Below are positions 24,858-38,017 of a DNA stretch of 64,000 nt, in pieces. A program made the position numbers and the translations under genes. The first letter of the stretch is position 1. Every line of letters begins with the position of its first letter. The notes below the pieces were generated by a model. That model made no database searches. It was not told the DNA's origin and was given only the letters and a program-made list of their open reading frames with translations. This DNA is from Sphaerodactylus townsendi (Eukaryota): contig NC_059428.1 of NCBI RefSeq assembly GCF_021028975.2, positions 43,152,001 through 43,216,000 on the forward strand, written 5' to 3'.

Positions 24858-26884
24858 AATAGAGAGATCACTCATCAAAATGAAAGTGTGGTTCCTTCCA
24901 CAACCCCATTCCTTAATAAAACTGGCTGGACACACAGAACATATTCTGGTTTTGCAAATGTCCATTGCCAGCAGACACAAAACCACAAAAGAATGAAGCA
25001 AAATATTTACTGTTCACAGATTACTGGAATTCCTAGCTCTCAAGTCACTGTCTCCCCATCTCCTTTTCAGCTGAACAAAGCAAAGTAAAAGGCAGAAAAT
25101 GAAACTCTGCAGGAGCTTTTGGAGGCTGTCATGGGGGTGATGAGCTAATATGCAGTGAGTGTGAGGAGTCCTGCCACCCCCTGGTCCCTGAGCAGGGGCT
25201 CTTACAGCCATGCTTCCCAAACCATGCCCTTCCCAGAGTGTGCCCATCAACAGAGGTGCCCGAGTGGGGTGCTGAGATGGCCAATGCCCAGAACAGCTGG
25301 AACCCAGCCCTGGGATTAGGGAGGAGAGGACCTCTGCCAGCATGGCCACTCCATCTTTTCTGGCGGGTTCTCATCCAAAACCCTAAGGCCTAATGACCCA
25401 GGCTACCATCTCCTTGTGCTGAACCCAGAGGATGTAGAGTTCAGTAAGGGGAAGAAGGGCTAAAATGCTCAGACTGTTGAGGTGGCAGGGCAAGAGAGGT
25501 GAGGTGACTAGGGGCCGGGTGGTACACCAGAACAGAAAGCAATGGGTGCCCATTACACTACAAGACCATTTCCCCTGACATTTGCAGCTGATATCATGGA
25601 CAATCTCTGCTCCCTGACTCCCCATGAGTCAAGGTGAGGTAGCCGCATCCTGCCACTCTCTATTCCATGTGAGTGGCAATTAAGCTGGAGCAACAGAATC
25701 ACTGTGAGTGTTAGGAAACTTTCTGCAGAAGTCACTAGTGTATGGAAGAGCTGGCAGTATCTGTTATGGCAACTGCTGGGTACCTGAAGAGGCTCCTTGA
25801 TGTCACAATGAACATACAGTAGGGACAGATGCACATCAAGAGGCTGCTGAGGACTTCTGGGAATTGCTTTGTGCCTCTGCATGCCATCCTGCTCTGATCC
25901 TTCCTCCTGTTCTCCAATGGTGCTGGGGTTGACATAGGAGTATCCTTGGCACAATGGGGAAGGCTTGACCACTGGTGAGCAGAGAGTACTCCATCACTGC
26001 GCAGAATCTCCATGACTACATAGAATCTCTCCCTCCATCTTCTGAGGTGTGGGCACCATTTGCTCTATGTGGCTTCTTGGTGTATTCGTGGAAGGAGGAT
26101 TGCTAAGGCCCTTGCCAACTCTGTAAGGTGCCCAGGGACATGTGACAAACATGGTCATTTTAAGGGTGTGTGCATGTACCGTGGGCACAGTGATAGCATC
26201 CCTGCCCCTTCCTATTCTGGACTCTGACACCCATGCTTGACACCTGCGCCTGGCAGTTCCTAATTGCCTGGCCAGTCCATCATGGTCCATCATGGCAGTT
26301 CTTGATTGCCTGCCCAGTCCTCACCCCAACACCTCCATGGGACAATGTGACATGATTGCTGAAGATGCTGACAAGGTTGTTGCTGCTGAAACCCAGCCTC
26401 AAACTCTTTTTCTGGGTGGTTGCTGCCTAACTAAACCCTTTAAGAAGCAGACTTGAAGCACTGCAATTACACTATGGCCAACTGCCATGACCCAAGCACC
26501 GCACAGGATTGTTCTTTCAAAAAGTTATTTCCCTAAGCATTCTAGAACCAAGCCACTTAGATCCCACTCATAACTAAAAGGCTTTTGAAGAAGTACAAAA
26601 ATATTTCCTCTCCCTAAGACCACTGGTACTTTTCATCCAGGAATGATTGGTTTGCATGTATCCATTATCCTTACTTCGATGTTTTAGATTGCTTGCTACA
26701 TAAGAACCACTCCACACTAATACTGCCAATTCCAATACTGACTAACTAGTCCCTTTTTAATACTAATCCTCCCTCAAAGCAGCAAACAAAAACAGAATCC
26801 ATTCTAGGACAATCTTGTAAAGGGCTCCTGAGAATTCTACTTATACTGATAGTGACCAGCAAATGCCTCGGAGCTACACTGGGG

Positions 26885-27358
26885 CAGAGGCATATCAGGG
26901 GAAAATGGCACCTGTAGATAACTCCTCCTCCGAGTGCCCCCCAACCCTGCACCCAGCTGTGCTCGGGGGAATGACTTGGGGGACATGGTCCTGCCCTTGA
27001 GCCCTGCCCTCATAGGCTGGCTTTCAAAATCTGGCTTTCAAAAGCCAGCCTGCATGAAGGACGGGGGTTGGGGGTGGGGCCATACCTCAAGCCCCACCCC
27101 CAGGCATGGGCTTTTGAAAGCCAGCCTGAATGGGAGGTTGGGGCTCGGCACCAGCAGGTGACCCAGGTGGGCACCACAGCCATCTGCTGCCAAGCCCCAT
27201 TCCCCACCTCCTTGCAGGTCAGCTCCTGGGGGTGGGGCTTGGTAGTGTGCAGCTGGTCATGTGGTCATGTGGGGGGTATCCGGCATTCCCCCATGTGACT
27301 AAAAGGTGTGCGCACAGAGACATGGGTGTCCCCATGTCCCTAGGGTGGTATGCCCCTG
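26885..27358. mobile_element. Non-autonomous hAT element
   Basis: TIRs CAGAGGCATATCA / TGGTATGCCCCTG, degenerate 8-bp TSD CACTGGGG / CTTTGGGG, internal inverted GGCTGGCTTTCAAAA / TTTTGAAAGCCAGCC. Confidence 0.75.
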
Positions 27359-28569
27359 CTTTGGGGTGAGGGATAGGTGAGTATGAGAAAGCAAATGAAG
27401 GTGAGGCAAACAGTGGGAAGGTTATATTTGTAGCCTAGTCTCTATCCTTATATTGATTCCCTATCCAAATGGCCATTATCCCAAGCCCCTAGGTACCTGT
27501 TGATTTTTAATTCTTTGAAAGAATACTAGCCAAAATCCCCTTGCAACCCTAACTTGGGTGAGACATGCATCTGATTTCAAAAACTGTGCTATCTTAGCAG
27601 GATCAATACATTTCAAATTTACAATGAAATGATTACCTATTAGAATTTTACATAGGTTTGTACCATGCTGTCATACCAGCAGGTGGTTTCTGGTTACGGA
27701 TGATAATTTCAATAGATGCTGTGTTAAGGCTTAACTGTTCAATGCAACTCCATGACCAATTTGCTCTGCTCCCAGTCTTGCCTTGCAGAATGGACCTATT
27801 GTCACAATATCTCAGAAGTCCATTCCCAACTATTGAACAGCTGTATTTTATTAAGTATGATTGCATCTTATGCCACAGAATGGCAGCCTAATCAAACACA
27901 CAGAACTGACAGAGATTTGTGGAATTTTGATTTTGATTTTTTTAGCATTGGTTTTGAATCATCATATATTAATGGTTGGCAGCGATTTGGGTTCCAACTG
28001 TTGTTCTTTACATGCAGAAGATGAATTATAGAACAGAACTAACATTTTTTTGTTGTTGTTGTTGCTGTTGTTGTTTTTGAAGAATCCCCAACTCTGGAAA
28101 TGCTGCCAGTCTTCTTAGCTAGGTTGGTAACCTTCTCACAGTCTAAGAAGGCTTCCTATGACAGAAATGGTTCTTCCTGCAGTGGAATAGTTACATGCAT
28201 CAGAAGAAAGTTACTAAGAGGGTTTCAAACTTGGTTGAGGAGAATGGTATGATACAAGCTGTTTTAGAAAGTATAGATAATATGTTAGGTTGGCAACATG
28301 CAAAGAAAATGTGAAGTAAAGACACCAACTGTGAAATGGATAAAAGTCAATCTATAATTAGTCTAGAGAAGCATGAAAAAAAACATATGCTTGGTAGGAA
28401 AAAATACAAATAAGCAGATGGGAATTATTAGGATTAACTCGAAAGGAACCAATAGTGAGCCTGAAATGTTTAGCTGTATTCTGAAAAAGCATGAAGTGAC
28501 AATAATGATTCATCTTGTTGCTTAAAGATGGATAAAAGAAGATTTCAAACTACCCATCTACTGAGATGT

Positions 28570-29240
28570 GGCATATGCCGCAGTTATATTGTTTATTCTT
28601 ATTTGAGAATTCAAAAGAAGGTGCAATGTACTCGATAGAAAACATCTCGATTTCCTCAAAAATCAAGATGGATGAACAGGTAATTGACCTTCGAGGGTCA
28701 GGGTTGTTTATTCTACATTAATTAGAACAGATGTTAGACATTATAAGCAGAGTACTTCTATTGTGGGTCACTATAAATGTGGGAACTGTATGACACATAA
28801 TAAGATTCATGAATGTAAACAATTCAATATAGGTGAGACATTGATTGTAAAATTATTGATTGTAATACAGTAAACAAGTAATTTTTACTGTATTATTTAA
28901 TACAGTAAATTTTAATTTTTACAGTTAAAATTTACTAAATTTACTGATTGTAATACACAGAATGTGATATGTGCAATCTATTGTCCATGTGGACTGAAAT
29001 ATATTGGGCAAAAATCTGAGAAAATCAGGGTCAGAATTTTGGAGCACGTATCAAGAATACAGAATAAGGTCAAAGGAACACCCATACTCAACCATTTTCT
29101 ACAAATGGATCATGCACCTGACTCTCCAGTTCACCCTCTTGGCATGAGTGGATACTAAAGGATTGATTAAAATACAATTTTGAGAGGATTACAGTATTTT
29201 CATACTGACAGCTATGTGGTGCAAAATGGCGTATTATAGA
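28570..29240 (+). mobile_element. Penelope-like element, Zn-finger/GIY-YIG endonuclease fragment
   Basis: GHYKCGNC and DCNTQNVICAIYCPCGLKYIGQKSEKIRVRILEH (GIY-YIG motif). Confidence 0.9.
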
Positions 29241-29572
29241 ACCCCCCCATACACACACAAACACAAATACCTTTTGTATCAATTCTGTATTGATTCAGCA
29301 GCAATAAAAAAAGAGATCTTGTCTAATATTAGATTATTCTCATAGCTTCCATTGCAGGTAGACCCCACTTTTATCACCAAACATTGCATTGCACAGTAGC
29401 AATAGACAGTTGTCTTTTTTAACACTGAAAATTTGGAGCAGATACATTGACTTCAAAAGGAGGCATAACAATAGGGGTTTTTCTCATGGTGTGCAATCAT
29501 AAATTGGCTCTCTAAGTGGTTCATGTTGTATCATATAAGAAAATGCCATCCTACAAAAACTCACGCCACAAT

Positions 29573-29723
29573 NNNNNNNNNNNNNNNNNNNNNNNNNNNN
29601 NNNNNNNNNNNNNNNNNNNNNNNNNNNNNNNNNNNNNNNNNNNNNNNNNNNNNNNNNNNNNNNNNNNNNNNNNNNNNNNNNNNNNNNNNNNNNNNNNNNN
29701 NNNNNNNNNNNNNNNNNNNNNNN
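29573..29723. other. Assembly gap (151 N)
   Basis: Run of N. Confidence 1.
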
Positions 29724-29850
29724 TGTAGGAGACTCAAAGGGGCTTACAATCTCCTTGCCCTTCCCCCCTCACAGCAAACACCCTGTGAGGTGGGTGGGGC
29801 TGAGAGAACTCCGAAAAGCTGTGATGAGCCCAAGGTCACCCAGCTGGCCA
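29724..29850 (-). mobile_element. Squam3-like SINE 3' fragment
   Basis: Closely similar to 33747-33870. Confidence 0.85.
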
Positions 29851-31199
29851 TGAGGTTGTGTTTTTTTTAACTGTGAATGTTACTCCTGCTTCAAGTCATT
29901 TTTGAGCTGAGAAGGTTTTAACTATGACCTACCCATTTCATTCTTTGGCTTACATTACAAGTCCCTGGAGCCATCCAGTCGCTCTTCTAGAAACCGGTCT
30001 TCACTTCAGATTTGCTCATTTCATGACTGGCTGTGCTTCTGCATAGATTGGCTGCAGGTTGAAAATCAAATTTAATTTTACTTTAAATAAGTATTTTTTT
30101 CTTAGCCCTAAAAGGCACCAACACATCATTTATTTCATGCAATGTAACATTTATGTTTAATATTTATTAGTATTTGTACCTTTGCAGTAAACTATTCCAT
30201 CTGAGGACATAATTAGATGACACTGCCTATCAGGTACTTTTGACTGCCAGGTAGAGACCAGACATATTTCTAAGCTCAAGGGAGTGAAAAAATCTCATTT
30301 GTAAACTAACATGTGGCTGAATGCTTTGTCCTAACTTTTTAAGGCTTCCTGTTGATGCCTTTCAGCAAAATAGAATAAACGGACAGATAAAGAAAACAAT
30401 CAAACCCCTGCTGAGATAGCAACAGAAAAAGCAATCAAAAACATTTGGCAGTGGTCTGAAATATTAAACATTCATTATAAAGTCATTGCACAGCACAACT
30501 GTGAAGCAATAAGATCACTTACATGCAAAACAGAATTGCTTCATAATGTTCCATTTATAATCTGTGCATTTATATAAAGGCCAAATATTCTCCAAGGAGA
30601 TTAAACTCACCTAGGTCTCTGATGAGACTTGGGGGTGGAAATGAAATGAACTGAGTCACAGGAAGTACAATATGCAGAAAGCAGGCCACAATTTCAGACT
30701 AGTTAAAATGCACAGAGGAAGTATCACAATGCCTTATTATGAGCTTTGCTCCAGGATAATGTGATGCTGTCAGCCCAAAAGGATATTGTATTTACTCAGA
30801 ATGGAAAAGGGCAGTTTATCTGGGTGGCCCCTTCCTGGGAAAAATGGCAGCACCATTTTTATTTTCTTACACTTTATTATGTAGGATTGCTCCCAAACAA
30901 AGGTCATGGGGAAAAGGCAGTTTGAAGTCAAAGCTTACAAAGATATATGTGCATAGAAATCTAGCAAGGTTATTTGTATTAATCCTGAAGAATAAAGTAA
31001 CTGATTCTTTGTCGAAAAAAGTGCAAGTTTCTTGACTTAGAAAGAGTTGAGAAAAGAACATTATGGGTAAAATCAATTTTAAAAAAAAGAAAGTGGAAAG
31101 GATCAGTAGATATTCTTTTTCAAAGTTGAACCAGATTAAGAAAAGACAAAACTTTCCCTCCCTTCTATTACATATAATTCCCTAGTGTAAAGATACGTA

Positions 31200-33630
31200 T
31201 TAGGGTATAATTGTACTAATAATAGAATCAGCATTTTCCAGAATTTCTAAGAAATTCAAGAAACCAATGCAGGAAATCCAAAGCTAGATCCATTACTTAA
31301 AGGCACTCTTTCTATACTAATTTGTTGTATGACTGTCACCATTAGGAATTTTCTGCTAATGCCCAAGTGAAAACTATTGTGCTGTAACAAATGTATTAGA
31401 TCTAGTTTTGTTCTCTAGAGCAGCAGAGAACAAGTTTCTGACATCTTCTGTGTGATAATTGTTCCATTATTTTTTAAATGCCACTACAGCCTTCATCCAG
31501 GCTAGTAATACCAAGTTCCTTCATAACATTTATCCCTGACAATTTTATTGTCCTAGCCCATTGTCCTAGCCCATTCCAATTTATATAAGTTCTTCTTAAA
31601 GTACCCCACCAGAACTGGATGCACTATTCCATATTAATTATGACAAGCATGGAATAAACTGCTACTTTTCATGTCTTGAATACTATGCTTCTATTAATGC
31701 AGGATAAAAAAATTCATTCACCATTTTTGCAGTCACATCATGCTGTTCTTGTGTTTACCTTTGGATCAACAGCAATTCTGAGATCATTTTCAAATGTACT
31801 TTTGTGTCAAGATGGAATCTTCAGTCTTACATTAGTGCATATGATTCTGTTAAATAAGGAAATCTGCATTCGTATTTGTTGAACTTCATTTTGTGAGCTT
31901 ACTTATCAAGGCTATTTTGAATTTTTTTTCTGTATAGTAAAGTGTTACTATTCTCCACTGTGGGTAACATGGAATTTGTTAGGGATTCTTTCCACTTTTT
32001 CCTTGAAGTAATTGCTAAAATCTCTAATAGGACAAGCCCATGGGAGAAACCAATGGCATCTTACTTGAATTCTCCTTTCAGATTGAGGGAGTCATGTAGA
32101 CAGCACTCTTCCAGTTTCTGGATCAAACTGATTTTGGATCCTTCTGGAGATACTGTCATTTACCCATATTTAACGAGTTTGCTAACCAAAATATCTTGAG
32201 GACATTATCCAATGCCTTCTTGAAATCAAGATATATTACATCCATTTCTATGGTCAACTATGACACAAGCAGAATTTGTTCTTGAGAAATCCATTCTGGT
32301 TTCTACTAATCACTACACTTTTTTTCAAAATGCTTACATATCAACACTTTGTACCTTTTATACTATCTTTCACATGTCTAGTTTTGCTGATCCTCCATTT
32401 GTCCATCTCCAGTTCTGTGGTGTCTTACTGTTCCTCTAGATTCATTAAGCATACTAGAAAGAGATTCTGAGAGTATATTAGCAAGTTCCTATAGTACCAT
32501 TAGGTTGTTTTTGCACAGCATAATAGTAATCGGCTTCATTCAGTAGTTTAGATTCTGGTTCTATTTTATCCCGGTTTATTCCTTCTCATGGGTACCTGTT
32601 TTTGTGAAGGAGTTGAATTAAGGCTAAGAGGAAATATTCCAATTTCTTTCACACGAGACAGTTGGCATTGCCATGACAGCCCTCGCATGAAATGGCATTC
32701 TAGGGATGGAAGCACAGTGTGGTGTTGGTTCTCAAGTGCGTGACATGTCTCAGGTGATATTACACCAGGCATGTGCAGGGCATGAGGAGGATCATGCTTT
32801 GAGCCACACACATTCGATTTCAGCTGCCCCCTTCATGGGTGGGGCATGCCAGTGAGGAGGGCTGTAGGGTGTTTCAGGCTAACTGGTCTTTGGAGCTGTC
32901 ACGCATGTCAAGGCACTAGGACCCTATTGGAAATATGAGCCCTGGGCTGGCCAGGCTGTGGCTCGGCTAGCGAGCAGTGCTTGGTGAGAGTGAGTGGGAA
33001 TGGGACCAGTGCTCATGCTTTCTCACACAGCCTTGCTTGCCAGAGTCCTGGAAGAACTGTCAAAGGCCACTGTGATTTGTAGGCAAGGCAGCCTGCAAAG
33101 AGCATAGTGGCAGTGGCATTGCCAGTTAGATCTGCTCGGCTGAACCACTGAAACATTGTTGTGAATCCATTGCCATGCACACTTGGGTGAAATGACACTT
33201 GAACACTGCTGGGGCAGAAAATGTGCTTGGAGAAAATTTCAGAAAGGGAGGGCTGCCATGCCAGTCAGCAGCTCAGCAGAAACAAAACTGACATGATGTA
33301 AGGAAGGGAGAACAGGCAGCAAGGCAGGGAAAATAAAGCGGTTGGACATCCGTGATGTTCTCATGAAAGTGGGTTCAATGCAGGACTTTTGAAAAAGATT
33401 GGCATTTTAGCATTTTTTGAAAAACCTGGGATGGGGGAAATATTGCGGGACAGTCCTGTTTTAGGGATGGGACCCATGAGAAGTTCTTGCCCAAACCTGG
33501 ATATTTCCCTTTGTCAACCTGGTATATTTGTATTGTGCGGAATTGACCTTAGGATGAAATTCAGTTATCCCTGAGCTTTGTAAAGCAGCTAGAATTTCCC
33601 TGAACAACTCCTTATCAAGCAAATCTGTAA
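31200..33630 (-). mobile_element. Old CR1 LINE RT fragment, split by the Harbinger element at 32503-33548
   Basis: GCCTTCTTGAAATCAAGATATATTACATC = minus DVIYLDFKKA. A degenerate GPDxxHPRVLKELA motif is split by the insertion. Confidence 0.75.
32503..33548. mobile_element. Non-autonomous PIF/Harbinger element (~1.05 kb)
   Basis: Termini GGTTGTTTTTGCACA / TGTGCGGAATTGACC with TSD TTA. Both ends are homologous to 46257-47194 in inverted orientation. Confidence 0.85.
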
Positions 33631-33700
33631 TCCTACTCTCTTACAATTCACACTACAGCAAGATTACATACAGCTCAACAAGATTACATACATACAGAGG

Positions 33701-34004
33701 GAAGAAGAAGAAGAAGAGTTTGGATTGATATCCCCCCTTTCTCTCCTGCAGGAGACTCAATGGGGCTTACAATCTCCTTGCCCTCCCTCCCTCACAACAA
33801 ACACCCTGTGAGGTAGGTGGGGCTGAGAGAGCTCCGAGAAGCTGTGACTAGCCCAAGGTCACCCAGCTGGTGTGTGTGGGAGTGTACAGGCTAATCTGAA
33901 TTCCCCAGATAAGTCTCCACAGCTCAGGCGGCAGAGCTGGGAATCAAACCCGATTCCTCCAGATTAGATACGTGAGCTCTTAACCTCCTACGCCACTGCT
34001 GCTC
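33701..34004 (-). mobile_element. Full-length Squam3-like tRNA SINE
   Basis: Minus strand GCAGTGGCGTAGGAGGTTAAGAGC (A box), GGTTTGATTCCC (B box), L2-like 3' end and (TTC)n tail. Confidence 0.92.
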
Positions 34005-34329
34005 ACTGCTGAGAGAGAAAAAGGAATTGAGAGTTCTTTCCTTCTGTCACCTACTACCTTTTCATCATCCTCTCTGCGTAACAGGCCTATGGTTTTCTTC
34101 TTTTTCCTTCAGACACACCAGGAAATGCTCTTTTGTTGTCCTTGGCATTCTTTGCCAGTCACAGCTAATTTTTAGCTTTAGCTTTCCTGTCCCTACATGT
34201 CCAAGCAATTTGTCTCTAGATCACACTAATCAACTAGCCCTTATTCCATTTCCTATATGTGTCCTTTTTGATTTACAACTTGACATTTACCTTTTTAAAC
34301 AGTCCTATTGACTTCTGAAAGGAGGACAA

Positions 34330-34510
34330 GCATCATGAAATAACCTGATGCTGATCAGCTCCCAGAATCTTTGCAGGATCAGTACTTGGCTGGTAGACCA
34401 CCAAGGTGGCCTCTGCAGATGAAGACAATGCAAACCACTTCTACTTCTCACTTGCCTTGAAAACGTCTTGTTAGGAGCACTATCAGTCAATTGTGACTTG
34501 ATGGCACATA
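34330..34510 (+). mobile_element. 5S rRNA-derived SINE with Sauria/RTE-type tail, diverged
   Basis: AGTACTTGGCTGGTAGACCACC resembles the 5S C box. Tail CAATGCAAACCAC...TTGCCTTGAAAAC...GACTTGATGGCAC. Confidence 0.65.
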
Positions 34511-34544
34511 TGTATGAATTCTGTTTTATGCAAAAAATCTATCA

Positions 34545-34625
34545 AGGGTGTTGTGTGGTTTCCAGACTGTGTGGTCATGTTCTAGTAGGATTTTCTCCTG
34601 ATTTTTCACCTGTATCTGTGGTCAA
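34545..34625 (-). mobile_element. Penelope-like terminal fragment
   Basis: Homologous to 5157-5232. Confidence 0.55.
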
Positions 34626-34979
34626 TTCTAGTAATCTCACAGACCATTCTTTTATTGTAGGTATAGATGCAATTTTCCATTTTTGCGCATACAGCAATTT
34701 TGCTGCTATGTCATATATAAAAACAGTCACTTTTTTTCTACTTGTTTGTCCTTAAGACCCAAAAGAAAAGCTTCTAGTTTCATTTGTATATTAGATTTTA
34801 AAGTCTTCTGGATTGTTAAATGTATTGGTATTATTATTATTTTTTGCTTTACTACAAGACTACAATAAATGATAGAAAGTCCCTTCATAAGGTTCACATT
34901 CCCAACACACATTTGTAATGTTTTTGTTCATCGTTACTAATTTCTCTGGTAACTAGTACTAATGATAGATCGTTCTATA

Positions 34980-35460
34980 AAAATTGTCTTTAAGACTGGA
35001 ACTTAATGTAAAGTAATACATAACCATACATTTTCATGTATTTAATCATATAATGGCCCATTTCATCATGCAATTTTTACTTCTTTTCAAGTCTCAATAA
35101 GAACGTATACAGTTTTGCAATAACATGATTGTCATTTGTACTCAGTCCCACTTCAAATTCAGACTAAAAATCTTTAAAATCATAAGAGATCTCCATATGT
35201 CAACCCAACCCGCACTTTTTGACAAGTTACCTTGTGCATTTTTAATATTATTTTCATAAAATAATTCCATTTGAGGCAGTGTCACTCCACTCCAGTCCCC
35301 CATCATAGGCAAATTCTATAGGATTATCAGTAAGATTTTTATAAACTACTCCTTCATCTTCATTTAGAATATAAATTCCCAACACCAAAGTTTTAACCCA
35401 AAGCAAATTAATTTCCGCCCCCACATATCTACCTTGCTCATCAGTCAATACCAACATGGG
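34980..35460 (-). mobile_element. L1 LINE ORF2 endonuclease fragment
   Basis: DEQGRYV...LVLGIY, degenerate MGDxN and GLVDIWR motifs on the minus strand. Confidence 0.75.
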
Positions 35461-35461
35461 A

Positions 35462-35636
35462 NNNNNNNNNNNNNNNNNNNNNNNNNNNNNNNNNNNNNNN
35501 NNNNNNNNNNNNNNNNNNNNNNNNNNNNNNNNNNNNNNNNNNNNNNNNNNNNNNNNNNNNNNNNNNNNNNNNNNNNNNNNNNNNNNNNNNNNNNNNNNNN
35601 NNNNNNNNNNNNNNNNNNNNNNNNNNNNNNNNNNNN
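35462..35636. other. Assembly gap (175 N)
   Basis: Run of N. Confidence 1.
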
Positions 35637-38017
35637 AAAGGGCTCAGGGCGGCGAACAAACAAAGAAATACAACAGTATTTCTTTTTAATAATACCTGAG
35701 ATAAATCACTTGAATGTTTATAGAACAAATATTTAACATCCTTTTTTCTAATATGGGTTTCTTGTAAACAAATTGTTGTGTTTTATTTTTTTTCAGAGGG
35801 GAAGACCTCCGCCTGAGATCCTGATGAGCCACTAGCAGTCTTTGTTGCCAATGCTGACCTTGAGAGGCTCAGTATAAAGCAATGTATGTGTTCTTTTTAT
35901 GGCTTAAGGTGACAGAGAGCAAGCAGCACTGGCCATGAAGGAGGGGTATTGTGGACCCCATTTTTGTCTTTTCCCCACAGTCTTACAATCACTAAAACTG
36001 CCCTCACTATGTAGCATAGAATGCTACTAGCCTTTCACTAAGTTTATTGGAATAAGTTTTCCTGATGCTGAAGATGCTAATAGGACCATGCTCACATTTA
36101 GGTTATTAGACACAAAATATAACCTGCTGCCTATACCCTGTGTTCCTAAACTTATTAGAGCAAGGGACAGGACTCAAAATCTTTTGGGTGCAACTCCAGC
36201 AGTGAACCATCAGAGATTTCTGGCAAGGATCTTTTAAAACTAAATGAAGTTTTCTTGAGGCTACTTATGCATCCTGTGCTAGCCTCATTTAGACACTCAG
36301 TCACCCCTAAATTCAGGTTATCCACTTCTTGCATAAGTTGACTGCCTGAGTGAGGAAGCTCCAAACATAGTAGAAGAGTGCACATGCAGACTGCCTGAGC
36401 AGGAGAGTTCCACTGACGATGGGGAGTGGAACTCTGCCCAATCCTTCTTTGGTATCCTTTTTCATAAGGGCCGGTGATGTCACAGTGTATCTGCACCCTT
36501 TGGAGTCTTCAGTCTCCAAAATGTGGGTGTGCCCAGTTTTTGCTCAAAACTACTGATAGCTTTATGGTTCCAACGCTCTTGACAGATTCAGAATCACTTC
36601 CTGTATCTTGTAACACAAGTTGGGGAGGGGATAAGGAATAGGCCAACCACATGGAGTTGTGCAAGCATGTATCACAATGGCAGATGGCTATCTGTTTCCA
36701 GAACCAGGAAAGAGGGGAGGGCTTGATCTTTTAACTAGATGTAACTTCTGCTGCATTCACACATTTCCCACAAACACTTCCAAACATTTCTCCATCACTA
36801 AACAGGCTGAGGAAATGTTAAGGTAAATATGTTGAATACTCAGTTTTAGAGACAATTGCAAATGTCTGTTCAAGATCTTACAGACTTGAAGCAGACATGT
36901 AACCTCCAGTGGAAAGTTTCATGGAGCATAGTTTATTAGCAGACAATATTAAATATGGAATCTATATTCCATATCTGACAAGGTTAGCATAAGATCAGGA
37001 ACAGTGATACTGGAACATCTGCCTGTTTAGCTTAGACTCTGATTACCAGTGGATTGCCAGTGGATCAATCGCAATGGATCAATCACATGGCTGTTCTCCA
37101 TGGACATAAACAGATCTATCAGAAAATTTATCTTAATGTTATAGTTAATGAGCTCATTTCAAAGAACATCAATTGGAACAAACACATATAGGGTCATTTA
37201 AATAGTTTTTTTAATTGTAACATCTTAACAAATGAGTTGTACTTAGATAAGGCAATCTGTATAGGAAAATTGGGAACTGTAAGTGGGATATGGCAGGAGA
37301 GGATGCTTGTGGGAGCAGAAGGAGGGGTAATAGGGGATTATGAGAGTATTTGAAGGTATTGTCATTTTTTAAAAATGTAAATAAGGAAACAGTTTGTGTT
37401 GTTAATTAAAGTTGAAGTTGTACTTCAGCTATCTGAAGATCATTTGTTGAAATCAAATGTGTTTTGCAAGCTGAACCTAAAGAGCAATCATTATCTATGC
37501 ACAGGAATTCAATCATTTCCCATAAACTGATTTATGTGATTTTAATAATCATTTGCTCTGAATGTCTGAGTTTTTAAAGTGGAGATTTTAGGCAGTGTGC
37601 TAAGAAAGCAAAGTATATAAAATCCTAGGTGGCATAACTGTGGGTTTTCTTTGGAATCAGGACTATAGGTAATGTTGTGAATTGCCTCAGAATGTACTTA
37701 TATTCACTAAAAGGGTATGAATTTAAAGCAAGAAGATAGCTACTATTCCAAACTCTGCACATTGCCCCTTCCTAAATCTCCTATGGTCCCACCTCCATAG
37801 TGGCAATGGAGACCCCTCCCTGTGGTGTTACTGGGCCTCCAAGAGTGATATGTGGAGAGGTGGTCCTGCAGATATAACGGTCCCAGACCACTCAAGGGCG
37901 TAAAGTTAACACCAAGACCTTGATGTCTTATTTATATAATGACATCACAAATTGTATTCTAACTAAAAGAACAATGCTATTTATAATTTTAATATAGAAA
38001 GAAAAAATAGATATTTG

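Noticed and set aside
29516-29870. ORFs spanning N runs (also near 35.4 kb and 59.9 kb)
   Set aside because: Artifacts of translating assembly gaps.
33701-34004. tRNA gene suggested by A/B boxes (also 57688); 5S rRNA gene at 55085
   Set aside because: These are SINE heads fused to LINE-derived tails, not complete tRNA or 5S genes.
36155-36519. 113-aa minus-strand ORF in unique-looking DNA
   Set aside because: No recognisable domain or convincing splice sites. The length is compatible with chance.
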